Assembly: GCA_965205485.1 (NCBI GenBank)
Contig: OZ242180.1
Location: forward strand, 1,056,001 to 1,120,000
Direction of reading: 5' to 3'
DNA from: Candidatus Latescibacterota bacterium
GTDB lineage: Bacteria > Latescibacterota > UBA2968 > GCA-2709665
DNA: 64,000 nucleotides
The notes beneath the pieces are model-generated. The model made no database searches and was not told where the DNA came from. It was given only the letters and a program-made list of their open reading frames with translations. Position 1 is the stretch's first letter; each line of letters opens with the position of its first letter. Made by a program: the position numbers and the translations under genes. Positions 39,603-49,082 of this stretch are shown piece by piece.

Positions 39603-40187
39603 ATGGTGGGCTGGATCGAATTGACATTCACGGTTGACACCGGCAGGGAATCTCTGGTTGTCGTCGATGACGAACGAGTCCGTTTGCTCGCTGACCCCCT
39701 TCGCCGGTGCATCCTGGAAACTCTCGAGGAAGGGAAAACCGTGGCGGAGATTTCGTCGACGTTGGGTGTGACTGATTCCCGCATCCTCCGCCACCTGGAG
39801 CGACTTGCGGAATCAGATATCGTACATCTTCAGCAAAGCGGTGGCGATCCGACTGCATGGCGCTGTCTCCCGGCGGCAGACCGAATTCGATTTCCGGACC
39901 CACGTGACAATAATGCCGAATCCACCGAGGCGGTATCTTCAGAAGTGGCCTGCCAGTTCAACCAGGCGTTTCGGGAGAGTGCGGACGGTATATTCGGGCC
40001 GAGATTTCAAAGCTCCGTCAACCACAACCGCGCTCGACTTTCGGAACGGCAGGCGGCCGAATTCAACCGTCGGCTCCTGGAACTGATAGAGGAGTACTTT
40101 CCACCCGGCAAGGGAGATCCTTCCGGAATCAAGTATGGCTTTTTCGGCGTGCTGACTCCAATTGATCTTGCGCCTCTTGAGGCGTGA
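39603..40187 (+). CDS. ArsR-like winged-helix regulator
   Basis: LADPLRRCILE...KTVAEIS..LG....ILRHLERL; start uncertain. Confidence 0.75.
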   Translation: MVGWIELTFTVDTGRESLVVVDDERVRLLADPLRRCILETLEEGKTVAEISSTLGVTDSRILRHLERLAESDIVHLQQSGGDPTAWRCLPAADRIRFPDPRDNNAESTEAVSSEVACQFNQAFRESADGIFGPRFQSSVNHNRARLSERQAAEFNRRLLELIEEYFPPGKGDPSGIKYGFFGVLTPIDLAPLEA

Positions 40188-40245
40188 CTCAGGAGATTCG
40201 TCGCGATCCAGGGTGTGGACAAGAAAAACCGGAAAACAGGTACCC

Positions 40246-40848
40246 ATGATGCGCTGCCACTTTATTCGCCATGGTAAGAGAGAACTTAGGATCGGCGATC
40301 CGCCATTGACCCCGGAAGGTCGGGAAGAGGCCGAACGGCTCGCCGGGAAGTTGGCAACACACGATATCACAAGAATCTTCAGCAGTCCACTGGCGCGTAC
40401 AAGAGATACTGCGGGGATCATCGCCGCTGTCTTGAATCTCGAAGTTACCGAAGATTCACGGCTGCGGGAACGAGTGAATTGGGGAGACATTGAGGGCCAA
40501 TCATTCGATGAATTTATGGCTCAGTGGGAGCGCTGTTCCAGAGAACGGGACTACCAACCCGCTGTTGGTGATTCAAGCGTAGCGGCCGGGAGGCGCATTG
40601 AGGACTTCGTTACCGATCGCTATCGTCAGTTATCCCGGGATACTGTGATCGGGGTGACCCATGGTGGTGTCCTGGCAGACTTCCTTCTCAATGTCTTTTC
40701 GTCTGAAAAGCTGACTCGTGTCAGACCGAAATTCTGCAATGACCCATACGGTGGAGAAGTCTTGCGAGAATGCTCGATTACGACCGTTGCATACGATGGC
40801 AGCGAATATCGACTTGAAGCCGTTGGGGCCATCGTAATAGAAAATTAA
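40246..40848 (+). CDS. Histidine phosphatase family protein
   Basis: RHG, SSPLART, LRE, THGG. Confidence 0.9.
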   Translation: MMRCHFIRHGKRELRIGDPPLTPEGREEAERLAGKLATHDITRIFSSPLARTRDTAGIIAAVLNLEVTEDSRLRERVNWGDIEGQSFDEFMAQWERCSRERDYQPAVGDSSVAAGRRIEDFVTDRYRQLSRDTVIGVTHGGVLADFLLNVFSSEKLTRVRPKFCNDPYGGEVLRECSITTVAYDGSEYRLEAVGAIVIEN

Positions 40849-40968
40849 CTTCGGGCAGGGGTTGCCTGATCATTACGTCTACAGCGGCCCCCGCCAATTG
40901 AGGAAACAAAATTCGGACAACCATTGGTAGTCGCATTTCTGCGTGGATTATCACGAATATGGAACCCC

Positions 40969-41769
40969 ATGACCGTTAATCGCAATACTGTTCAGGTCAA
41001 GGCTTTTTGTGTCGGACAGGCGAAGTCCGGTACGGCATCTCTCGTCGGTCTGCTTTCAGCGAATTACCGCGCGGCACACGAACCAGAGCGACCGGAGTTG
41101 CTCGATATGATACTCGGAGAATCCCGAGGCGAAGTCTCAGCCCTCGCACTTCGAGAGTTTCTCGTCGAGCGCGATGCCCGGCTCAACCTGGAATACGATG
41201 TTTCGTGGGCGAACCAATTCGTCATTGGCCATTTGCTGGACGTCTTCCCCGCGTCGAAGTTCATCGTTCTCATCCGTGATTGTTATACGTGGCTTCAATC
41301 GGCCGTCGGGCACCTCGTCAGCCGCGAGATGCCCCCCGAAATCCTGGACTTCCTTCCCTGGTGGACCAAACCTGAACGATATCCCCACTCGCGTCACGAT
41401 CGCGCCCTTGCGGAGAGAGGGCTTGATTCGGTTGCGGCTTTCCTGAATACCTGGAACGAGCACGTGGACAGGTGCCATGCAATCCCGCCGGGCCGGCGGC
41501 TGGTGATAAGGACCCACGAACTGGCCCGTTCGCATCGGCGACTGGCAGACTTCCTGCAGATACCCGTGGACACGCTCGACGCGGGAAGTGGACATCAGAA
41601 CCGCAGTACCTGGCACGAACGAATCGAGTCTCTCGTCGATCCGTCCTACATCGCCGACATGGTCCAATCGATCTGCGCTGACAACATGGCACGGTATTTC
41701 CCCGAAGTCCGAAGCATTCAGGATGTACCCGGGTTGTGGGAAGCCGCGCAGCGTCAACCTGCGGCGTGA
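40969..41769 (+). CDS. Sulfotransferase-like P-loop protein
   Basis: CVGQAKSGTASL, KFIVLIRD...WLQS. Confidence 0.7.
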   Translation: MTVNRNTVQVKAFCVGQAKSGTASLVGLLSANYRAAHEPERPELLDMILGESRGEVSALALREFLVERDARLNLEYDVSWANQFVIGHLLDVFPASKFIVLIRDCYTWLQSAVGHLVSREMPPEILDFLPWWTKPERYPHSRHDRALAERGLDSVAAFLNTWNEHVDRCHAIPPGRRLVIRTHELARSHRRLADFLQIPVDTLDAGSGHQNRSTWHERIESLVDPSYIADMVQSICADNMARYFPEVRSIQDVPGLWEAAQRQPAA

Positions 41770-41824
41770 TTGAAGTTTGGAAACGGCCGGACGTCATTCA
41801 AGAAGGTGGAAATCGAGAAATCTA

Positions 41825-42607
41825 ATGGTCCGAACTGCGGTTCAAGCGATTCTATTCGACCTTGACGAAACCCTCATTCTCGAAAAACCGATTGCGATCA
41901 AGGCGCTCGAACAAACCGGACAACGCGCGAACGCTGCCGCCGGCGTCCATCCGCCTGAACTCCGGGACAGGGTCCTGGAGCAGGCCGGCGAACTCTGGCG
42001 TTCAACGCCGGTAATCGACTACTGCCGCCGGGTCGGGATCAGTTCCTGGGAGGGCCTGTGGGCCGGGTTCGCCGGGGAGGATGAAAATCTCGTCTGGCTG
42101 CGGGAATGGTCTCCAACGTACCGGTTCGAGTCGTGGTCACGGGCTCTGAAGGATCTGGGTGTCGACAACGAACGGCTGGCCCGGATCCTTGCTGACGAAT
42201 TCGTCGAGACCCGGACGGGACTGTTCGAGTGTTTTCCGGAGACAGCCGAGATAATGGATGAACTCGTAGGAGCGGTTCGATTGGTTCTGGCCACAAACGG
42301 CGCATCCGATCTGCAGCGACTGAAACTCGAAACCAGCGGTCTGACGGATTATTTCGACGACGTGCTTGTCTCGGCTGACATCGGATTCGCCAAACCCCAT
42401 CCATTTTTCTTTGAGAACGCGATTCGACTTGCGGACGCCAAACCGGAGCAGATTCTGATGGTAGGAGACAATATCCGGAGAGACATCGTTGGAGCGCAAG
42501 AGGCCGGAATCAGGGGAATCTGGTTGAATCGAAAAGACAGAGAACCCGGCGACATCCAGCCATTTGCGGAGATCGGGAACCTGCTGGAGCTGCGTAAGTT
42601 TCTCTAA
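41825..42607 (+). CDS. HAD-family hydrolase
   Basis: FDLDETL, TNG, KP, MVGDN..DIVGA. Confidence 0.92.
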   Translation: MVRTAVQAILFDLDETLILEKPIAIKALEQTGQRANAAAGVHPPELRDRVLEQAGELWRSTPVIDYCRRVGISSWEGLWAGFAGEDENLVWLREWSPTYRFESWSRALKDLGVDNERLARILADEFVETRTGLFECFPETAEIMDELVGAVRLVLATNGASDLQRLKLETSGLTDYFDDVLVSADIGFAKPHPFFFENAIRLADAKPEQILMVGDNIRRDIVGAQEAGIRGIWLNRKDREPGDIQPFAEIGNLLELRKFL

Positions 42608-42727
42608 TCGGCGGCCTCGTTGTGACGTCGACCACCGGATGCGCGCGTTCTTGGCGTGCGCCCGTTGCCAGATCGTATTCGCGGTTCTTCGCTTGCTGAC
42701 AGGAACCTTTTTTGAATTGAAGCCTGA

Positions 42728-43537
42728 ATGAGCGAATACATCAGGAACTATTACGACGCGGCGCCTGAACGCGAGTGGGAGCGGCTGGAAACCGGGCTTT
42801 CGCGAATCGAATTCGCAGCCACCCTGCGCCTGATTGAAAAATACTTTCCCGAGAACGGGGACGTTTGCGACATCGGGTGCGGACCGGGTCGATACGCCAT
42901 CGAACTCGCCAGACGCGGGTACCGGGTGACGCTGTTCGACCTTTCCGGCAAACTGCTGGTGAGAGCAAAGCAAGCGTTTACATCGGAAGGAATCAGCGCG
43001 GAACGCTTCATTAAAGGTGACGCACGCGACCTTGCCTGCTTTGACGACGAATCGTTCGATGCCGTACTGCTTCTCGGTCCTCTGTACCACCTGATCAAGA
43101 TGGATGATCGATCAAAGGCCTTGCGTGAGATGGTCCGCATTCTGAAACCGGGCGGCAGGGCAATAGTAGCCTTTCTCAATTCGTGGGGGCTGCTCAGAAG
43201 TGGTGTCGTCGATTTCCCGAAGCGTTTCCGAAATCCCGCTTTTCTGCGGAGCATGCTCGGCGAACAGGCATTTGAAGACCATGAACTCTCCGGATTCACC
43301 GAATGTCACTGGTCCAACCCCGATATCGCCAGCGAGGAACTTCAGGATGCGGGGCTGCGAATCATCAGCTATGCGGGTGCGCAGGGATTCCTGGGAGGCA
43401 TGGCGCAGCTGTTCGAGTCACTCAGGAAGGATGAACCGGAAGCATACGAAAACGTCCTGGAGTTCGCGGCTGAAACGTCGGAGTTGCCCCAGTTCAGAGA
43501 TGCAACCGACCATGTACACTTTGTGGTTGAAAAATAA
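42728..43537 (+). CDS. Class I SAM-dependent methyltransferase, copy 1
   Basis: DIGCGPGRY, GDARDL, FDAVLLLGPLYHL. Confidence 0.93.
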   Translation: MSEYIRNYYDAAPEREWERLETGLSRIEFAATLRLIEKYFPENGDVCDIGCGPGRYAIELARRGYRVTLFDLSGKLLVRAKQAFTSEGISAERFIKGDARDLACFDDESFDAVLLLGPLYHLIKMDDRSKALREMVRILKPGGRAIVAFLNSWGLLRSGVVDFPKRFRNPAFLRSMLGEQAFEDHELSGFTECHWSNPDIASEELQDAGLRIISYAGAQGFLGGMAQLFESLRKDEPEAYENVLEFAAETSELPQFRDATDHVHFVVEK

Positions 43538-43644
43538 CGCGCGTCGATGATCTCGAGGCTTCGGCTCACGGATCTCGGCCTCAATGGCAAGATACGGGAT
43601 TGAGAATTGCCAGTCGTTTGAGAATAGACGGACCTGGACGGAAT

Positions 43645-44379
43645 ATGAAGATCGCTGTATTGACAGACGTGCACGGCAATCTGCCTGCGCTTCAGGCTGC
43701 CCTGAGGACTATTCGACGTGAGGGCGTCGATGCGGTATATCATACCGGCGATGCAATAGGCATTGGACCATTTCCCGCAGAATGCCTCGAACTGATGTTG
43801 AGCACGCCCGGCATGAAACTCATCCGCGGGAATCATGACTCCTGGTTTGCGAACGGACTACCAAAACCGACGCCGCCGTGGATGAGCGACGGTGATTTGG
43901 AACACCAGAAGTGGGTACATTCCAGCCTTGAACCAGAATTTCGCAATTCAATAAGACAATGGCCCTACCTGATTGAAGGCGTATTCGAAGGTGTTCGAAT
44001 ATCGTTCCTTCATTACGCACTCACAGCGTCCCGGGATGATTTCGCGTCCGTCGTCCGGGAGCCACGTCCTGCCGACCTGGACAGCCTCTTTACGGACATC
44101 GAGTCCGATCTCGTATTCTATGGCCACGATCATTGGCCGTCAGACTTGAATGGGAAGGCCAGATACGTGAATCCCGGTTCTCTGGGCTGCCATTCCGAAC
44201 CGATCGCCCGTTTCGTCATTCTGGAATGTGACTCCGGGAAATACGAGTTGGAAATGCGGCGCGTTCCGTACGATGATCGCGCTCTGTTCCAGCAGTTTGA
44301 AAGCCTCGAAGTTCCCCACCGGCATTTTATCTACAAGTCATTGTTCGGTGGAAGAAATGCACCAGCCGAGGCAGGTTAA
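43645..44379 (+). CDS. Metallophosphoesterase (YfcE-like)
   Basis: DVHGN, GD, GNHD, GHDH, NPGSLG. Confidence 0.92.
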   Translation: MKIAVLTDVHGNLPALQAALRTIRREGVDAVYHTGDAIGIGPFPAECLELMLSTPGMKLIRGNHDSWFANGLPKPTPPWMSDGDLEHQKWVHSSLEPEFRNSIRQWPYLIEGVFEGVRISFLHYALTASRDDFASVVREPRPADLDSLFTDIESDLVFYGHDHWPSDLNGKARYVNPGSLGCHSEPIARFVILECDSGKYELEMRRVPYDDRALFQQFESLEVPHRHFIYKSLFGGRNAPAEAG

Positions 44380-44459
44380 GATTGCCTCTGAAGGCCACTT
44401 CGCCAGATCGCTTTCGTGATTTGGTGTCAGTGAAGCCGTATTCTGAAATCATTGAATGA

Positions 44460-45269
44460 ATGAGCAAGCACGTCAGGAACTTCTACGATTCAGTGCCCGA
44501 ACGCGAGTGGGGCCGATTGGAGGCGGGGCTCCAGCGAGTCGAATACGCTTCCACCCTGCGCCTGATTGAGAAATACTTTCCCTCGAACGGCGCGATATGT
44601 GACATCGGGTGCGGGCCGGGCCGCTACGCTATCGAGCTCGCCAGGCGCGGGTACCGGGTGGCTCTGTTCGACCTCTCGGAGAAGCTGCTGGAGAGAGCAA
44701 AGAAGGCGTTTGCATCGGAAGGAATCACCGCCGAACGGTTCATTCGAGGAGATGCACGAGATCTGGACGCGTTTGAAGAAGAATCGTTCGACGCTGTCCT
44801 GCTTCTCGGCCCCCTTTATCACCTGATCGCGAGGGACGATCGATCACTTGCCTTGGGTGAGTTGGTCCGCATACTGAAGCCGGGAGGCAGGGCGATTGTC
44901 GCGTTTCTCAATTCCTGGGGTATGCTCCGAAGCGGTATAGCCGGGTTCCCGAAGCGTTTCATCGATCCCGCCTTTCTTCAAAGCATGCTCGGCGAAAGGA
45001 CCTTCGAAGATCAGGAGCGTCCCAACTTCACCGAATGTCACTGGTTCAACCCGGAAATCGCTCGCGAAGAACTTCTGGATGCAGGGCTGCGAATTGTAAG
45101 CTATGCCGGCGCAGAGGGCTTTTTGGAAGGCATGGCGCCGCTTCTCGAGGCGCTGAGGACGAACGAACCAAAGGCATACGAAAACGTCCTGGAATTCGCG
45201 GCTGAAACTTCGGAATTGCCGCAGTTCAGAGATGCGACGAACCACGTTCACTTCGTCGTGGAGAAGTAG
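44460..45269 (+). CDS. Class I SAM-dependent methyltransferase, copy 2
   Basis: Same length and largely the same sequence as 42728-43537. Confidence 0.93.
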   Translation: MSKHVRNFYDSVPEREWGRLEAGLQRVEYASTLRLIEKYFPSNGAICDIGCGPGRYAIELARRGYRVALFDLSEKLLERAKKAFASEGITAERFIRGDARDLDAFEEESFDAVLLLGPLYHLIARDDRSLALGELVRILKPGGRAIVAFLNSWGMLRSGIAGFPKRFIDPAFLQSMLGERTFEDQERPNFTECHWFNPEIAREELLDAGLRIVSYAGAEGFLEGMAPLLEALRTNEPKAYENVLEFAAETSELPQFRDATNHVHFVVEK

Positions 45270-45305
45270 GGCGCGCAGCAGACTAAGGAAGTTATGGGAG
45301 GCAAG

Positions 45306-45584
45306 ATGAAAAAACATTCCGGTAGCAACTTTGACAACTTCCTCGCCGAAGAGGGCCTTCTCGGTGAAGCGGAAGCCACAGCAACGAAACGGGTAATTGC
45401 GTATCAGTTGAATCAGTTCATGGAGGAGAACAAACTGTCCAAGTCGGCGATGGCGCGGCGCATGCAAACCAGTCGTTCGGCGCTGGACCGTCTGCTCGAC
45501 TCCTCCAATTCCTCCGTAACGTTGCGTACCATGGACCGCGCTGCGCGGGCCCTGGGAAAGCAGCTCCGCATCATCCTCACCTGA
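45306..45584 (+). CDS. XRE-type HTH protein (HigA-like antitoxin)
   Basis: GSNFDNFLAEEG, KRVIAYQ, MARRMQTSRSALDRLLD..SVTL. Confidence 0.85.
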   Translation: MKKHSGSNFDNFLAEEGLLGEAEATATKRVIAYQLNQFMEENKLSKSAMARRMQTSRSALDRLLDSSNSSVTLRTMDRAARALGKQLRIILT

Positions 45585-45699
45585 TTTCCCGGCGCCGGAT
45601 AGTAGCTATTGATAGAACGCCCGCGGGACCTGGATTATCACGAAGCTGCCGGAACAGCGTTCGTTCGGACTCCCTGATGGAGATACCCAATGAGTCGGC

Positions 45700-45867
45700 T
45701 TGCCTTGAGGCCCGGTTATGATTATTATAACCGTCGAGCTCAACAGGGAGCCTCCGGTCCGCGGAAAGGGCTAAGCCCACCCACCTCGCCAGATCCTGAA
45801 ATTCCGATAGCACCTTCTTTCTGCCCGATAATGCGGACGCCGGGCGACTCTGCGAGAGGAGGCTGCT
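45700..45867 (+). promoter_or_regulatory. Promoter plus structured 5' leader (candidate cis-regulatory RNA)
   Basis: TTGCCT-17 nt-TATTAT; stems GTCCGC/GCGGAC, GGGC-TAA-GCCC, GCCCG/CGGGC; AGGAGG RBS. Confidence 0.5.
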
Positions 45868-47097
45868 ATGCCCCGCCGTCGAAGTCTTCCCGTTAGACCC
45901 AACATCGAGAACCTCAGGAAGCAGGCTAAATCGCTTCTGGACGCCTTTCGGACGGGCGATCCTGAGGCGATTTCCGCATTTGAGGGTCTGCATCCACGAG
46001 ACGTTTCCGCCGAAAGCGCCAGGCTGGCCGACGCCCAACTCGTACTCGCGCGATCGTATCGATACCCAAGCTGGCCCAGAATGCAGATTGCGGCCAGACT
46101 GTGCGCAGCTGTGTCTCGCGACGACCTGAAGTCCGTACGTGATCTGGTCGTGAAGCACCCCGAACTCCTGACTGAAGGGGCTCGGGGGCGGGGTTCACAC
46201 TGGGGCGCTGCGATGGGCTTTGCTGCTGAATTGGGCAAGACCGAGATTGTAGAGATGCTGGCCGACCTGGGTAGTCCGGAGATCCAACACGCTTTCGGGC
46301 GAGCCATCCTGCAGGGAAATGCCGATACGGTTCGCGCGCTGGTAAAGAAAGGCGCAAAGGTAGAGCGCGGAGTCGCGATGGGAGCCTGTGAAACCCTGAA
46401 TAGCAGGGGACTGCAGATGGTTCTTGATCTCGGCGGCGAACTTTGCGACGCGGACGGGGATTTTTTCGCGCCGGCTGCGATGGTTCTTGAGACCTACAGC
46501 CGCAGCCCGGCCGGAAAACATGAGTGTCTGAGAATTCTGGCCGAAAGTGGCGTGGAATTTCCAGACACCCCCGCTATGGCCTTCCATTTTGGGCGGATCG
46601 ATTTGCTGGAGCGTCATATGGACAGGGATCCCGAACTCATTTCCCGCAGATTCCGGTATGACGATATCTATCCCTCCGGCTTCCGTGTGGGCGACGACAC
46701 CGGTCTCCACGGTACACCGCTGGATGGGACAACGCTCCTGCACATGGCTATCGAATTTGACGAGGATGAGATATTCGATTGGGTTATCGATAACGGCGCG
46801 GACGCGAACGCCGTTGCCGACGTCGATCTCGACGGCTTTGGGGGTCACACGCCGCTGTTCAACTGTGTCGTCAAGAAAGGCCGGAAGGAGGACAGAATGG
46901 CTGTCGTGCTCCTCGAAAGGGGAGCGGACCCGTCCCATCGAGCGTCCCTTCGAAAGGGCCTTAAGTCAACCCCCGACGAAGCTGTACGTGAGTATAAGGG
47001 CGTTACACCCATTGAATACGCCGATCGATTTCACGACCAGAGCTATGTGAATCAAGCGGCGGTAAAGGCGATTGAATCCCGGATATTCTCAGGCTGA
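45868..47097 (+). CDS. Ankyrin-repeat protein with small N-terminal helical domain
   Basis: N-term LP.RPNIENLRKQAK...LADAQLVLARSY...SW; GTTLLHMA, GADAN, GHTPL, LLERGADP. Confidence 0.85.
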   Translation: MPRRRSLPVRPNIENLRKQAKSLLDAFRTGDPEAISAFEGLHPRDVSAESARLADAQLVLARSYRYPSWPRMQIAARLCAAVSRDDLKSVRDLVVKHPELLTEGARGRGSHWGAAMGFAAELGKTEIVEMLADLGSPEIQHAFGRAILQGNADTVRALVKKGAKVERGVAMGACETLNSRGLQMVLDLGGELCDADGDFFAPAAMVLETYSRSPAGKHECLRILAESGVEFPDTPAMAFHFGRIDLLERHMDRDPELISRRFRYDDIYPSGFRVGDDTGLHGTPLDGTTLLHMAIEFDEDEIFDWVIDNGADANAVADVDLDGFGGHTPLFNCVVKKGRKEDRMAVVLLERGADPSHRASLRKGLKSTPDEAVREYKGVTPIEYADRFHDQSYVNQAAVKAIESRIFSG

Positions 47098-47182
47098 TCG
47101 AGAGAGGGGGTTGCGTGCCTGACCCCGACGAAGCATTGGTGGGAAAGCGAGGACAGTTGAACCTGCCGATTCGGAAAGCCTA

Positions 47183-47857
47183 ATGAGTCACTCCGTCCGC
47201 GGCCACCTTCGTCTAGAGATTGATGCCTACGACGAAGCCATCCGCCAGTTCATCCCTGGCTACGAGGAAGGCCTGAACAGGATCGCCGGCGAAATCGCCG
47301 CGATCCGCCCTGCCCTGGCGCTGGACCTCGGCACCGGAACGGGCGCCCTCGCCGAAGCGATGCTCGAGCACGAGAGCGTCGGCGCCGTGGAAGCCGTTGA
47401 CGTCGATCCGGAGATGCTGGACCGGGCCCGCACCCGGCTGAAGCGTTTCGGTGCCCGGGTGCGTTTCCGCGAATGTTCATTCGAGGCGCCGCTCCCCGCG
47501 TGCGACGCCGTGGCCGCCTGCCTGGCCCTCCACCATATTCCGGCGATGCAACGCAAGCGTACCCTGTACAAGCATATTTTCCGTGCACTCCGCCCCGGAG
47601 GGGTGTTCGTGACCGCCGACGTGACGATGACCGCAGACCCGGAGGAAAGGGAGCGGTGCTACCGAATCTGGACGGCCCACCTCGTTTCGCGCGGCATCGA
47701 CGAACAGCGCGCCCGCGAGCACTTCGACGAGTGGTCCTCCGAAGACACGTACTTTCCGGTCGAAGAGGAGCTCGCCGCGATGCGTGAGGCCGGGTTCGTT
47801 GCCGAATGCACGTGGCAGGACCCTCCCAACACGCTCCTCGTGGGACGGCGACAATAA
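47183..47857 (+). CDS. Class I SAM-dependent methyltransferase
   Basis: LDLGTGTG, LALHHI, ALRPGG. Confidence 0.9.
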   Translation: MSHSVRGHLRLEIDAYDEAIRQFIPGYEEGLNRIAGEIAAIRPALALDLGTGTGALAEAMLEHESVGAVEAVDVDPEMLDRARTRLKRFGARVRFRECSFEAPLPACDAVAACLALHHIPAMQRKRTLYKHIFRALRPGGVFVTADVTMTADPEERERCYRIWTAHLVSRGIDEQRAREHFDEWSSEDTYFPVEEELAAMREAGFVAECTWQDPPNTLLVGRRQ

Positions 47858-47900
47858 GGTTTGGAGTCGTTCTCGAATCCAAACTTGGAATAGAGCGCTG

Positions 47901-48938
47901 ATGAGTGAGCAGCTACACCATTACCTGCACGCCGCCGATCGAGCCCTGGAATACTACGATATCGGGGAAGTCCGCATCGCCGAGCGCAGGCAAGTGGGCC
48001 ATATCGGCTTTTCCGGCTACCGCATGGTCAAGTTTCGCGCGGACGGCGCATCCGGGCCTTACCTCGTCACCGTGTATTATGCCAGGGGAGACGGAGACAT
48101 CCATGATTATCGAACGGCCATCCGGTCCCACCTTCTCTGGCTCGATGCCCTGGACCGCGACACCGATCTGGTCATACAGAAACCCGTCCGCAGTCTGTCA
48201 GGCGACTTCATCACCGACGTGCAGCCCGATGGCGATCGGTCTTTTCTCGTCACCCTTCTCCGCTGGGTCGACGGCGAGTTGGTCTGGGACAACTACGGGG
48301 ACGAGGTGTTCGTCGACCTGCCATCGGAAATACTTTACAACGTCGGAACGGTCCTCGGCAAAATCCACCGGCACGGCAGTCAGTGGACCCTTCCCGAAGG
48401 CTTCTTTCGTCCCGGGAGCGAACATGAAGACCTGCAACTCGACCTGAACCGCTTGCATCCGGCCGCAGAGGACGGACGGATCGCCATCGATGATTTCGCG
48501 GTTCTGGAACGGACTGTGCGCCAGATTATCGAGCACCTCGCGAAAATGAACAGATCACCGAAATCCCGGGGACTCCTTCACGGAGATTTCTCATGCGGAA
48601 ATTGCATCGTGCATCTGGGCGGGATCCGTCCGATTGATTTCGACTGGTGTCGGTTCGGGCATTTACTGGCAGACGTTGGATGGTGCTTCGCCGTAAATCC
48701 GATGAGTCCGGCGCTGTGCCAGGCTTTTCTCGACGGGTACGAAGAACAAATCCTGTTGCCCGATAACCATTTGCGAGTCATCGAAAGTTTCTTTATCGAG
48801 TCCTGCATTCGACTCCTGTCCTGGCGTACTGAGAATCCTGGCGAGGATTTCCCGACGCTGCCCCGTTTCGTGAAAGGCGCCTGCCGGAAATATCTCGAAG
48901 GCGAACCGTTCGTCCTCGAGTGGATGGAGGACCTGTGA
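47901..48938 (+). CDS. APH/homoserine kinase type II-like phosphotransferase
   Basis: HGDFSCGN, IDFD. Confidence 0.88.
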   Translation: MSEQLHHYLHAADRALEYYDIGEVRIAERRQVGHIGFSGYRMVKFRADGASGPYLVTVYYARGDGDIHDYRTAIRSHLLWLDALDRDTDLVIQKPVRSLSGDFITDVQPDGDRSFLVTLLRWVDGELVWDNYGDEVFVDLPSEILYNVGTVLGKIHRHGSQWTLPEGFFRPGSEHEDLQLDLNRLHPAAEDGRIAIDDFAVLERTVRQIIEHLAKMNRSPKSRGLLHGDFSCGNCIVHLGGIRPIDFDWCRFGHLLADVGWCFAVNPMSPALCQAFLDGYEEQILLPDNHLRVIESFFIESCIRLLSWRTENPGEDFPTLPRFVKGACRKYLEGEPFVLEWMEDL

Positions 48939-48990
48939 ATAGGGAATCGCGACCGGACCCAGTTCGCACGACCTCCGTTGGCATAGAAAT

Positions 48991-49015
48991 GTAGGGGCAG
49001 GTTTAAAACCTGCCC
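48991..49015 (+). repeat. GTAG-type REP-like palindrome
   Basis: GTAGGGGCAGGTTTAAAACCTGCCC. Confidence 0.7.
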
Positions 49016-49082
49016 TTTCGGTCGGAACGTAGGGAGGTGTCCCATTTCGGCAACGAACCGTTATTCGTACGGAGAAAAATCG

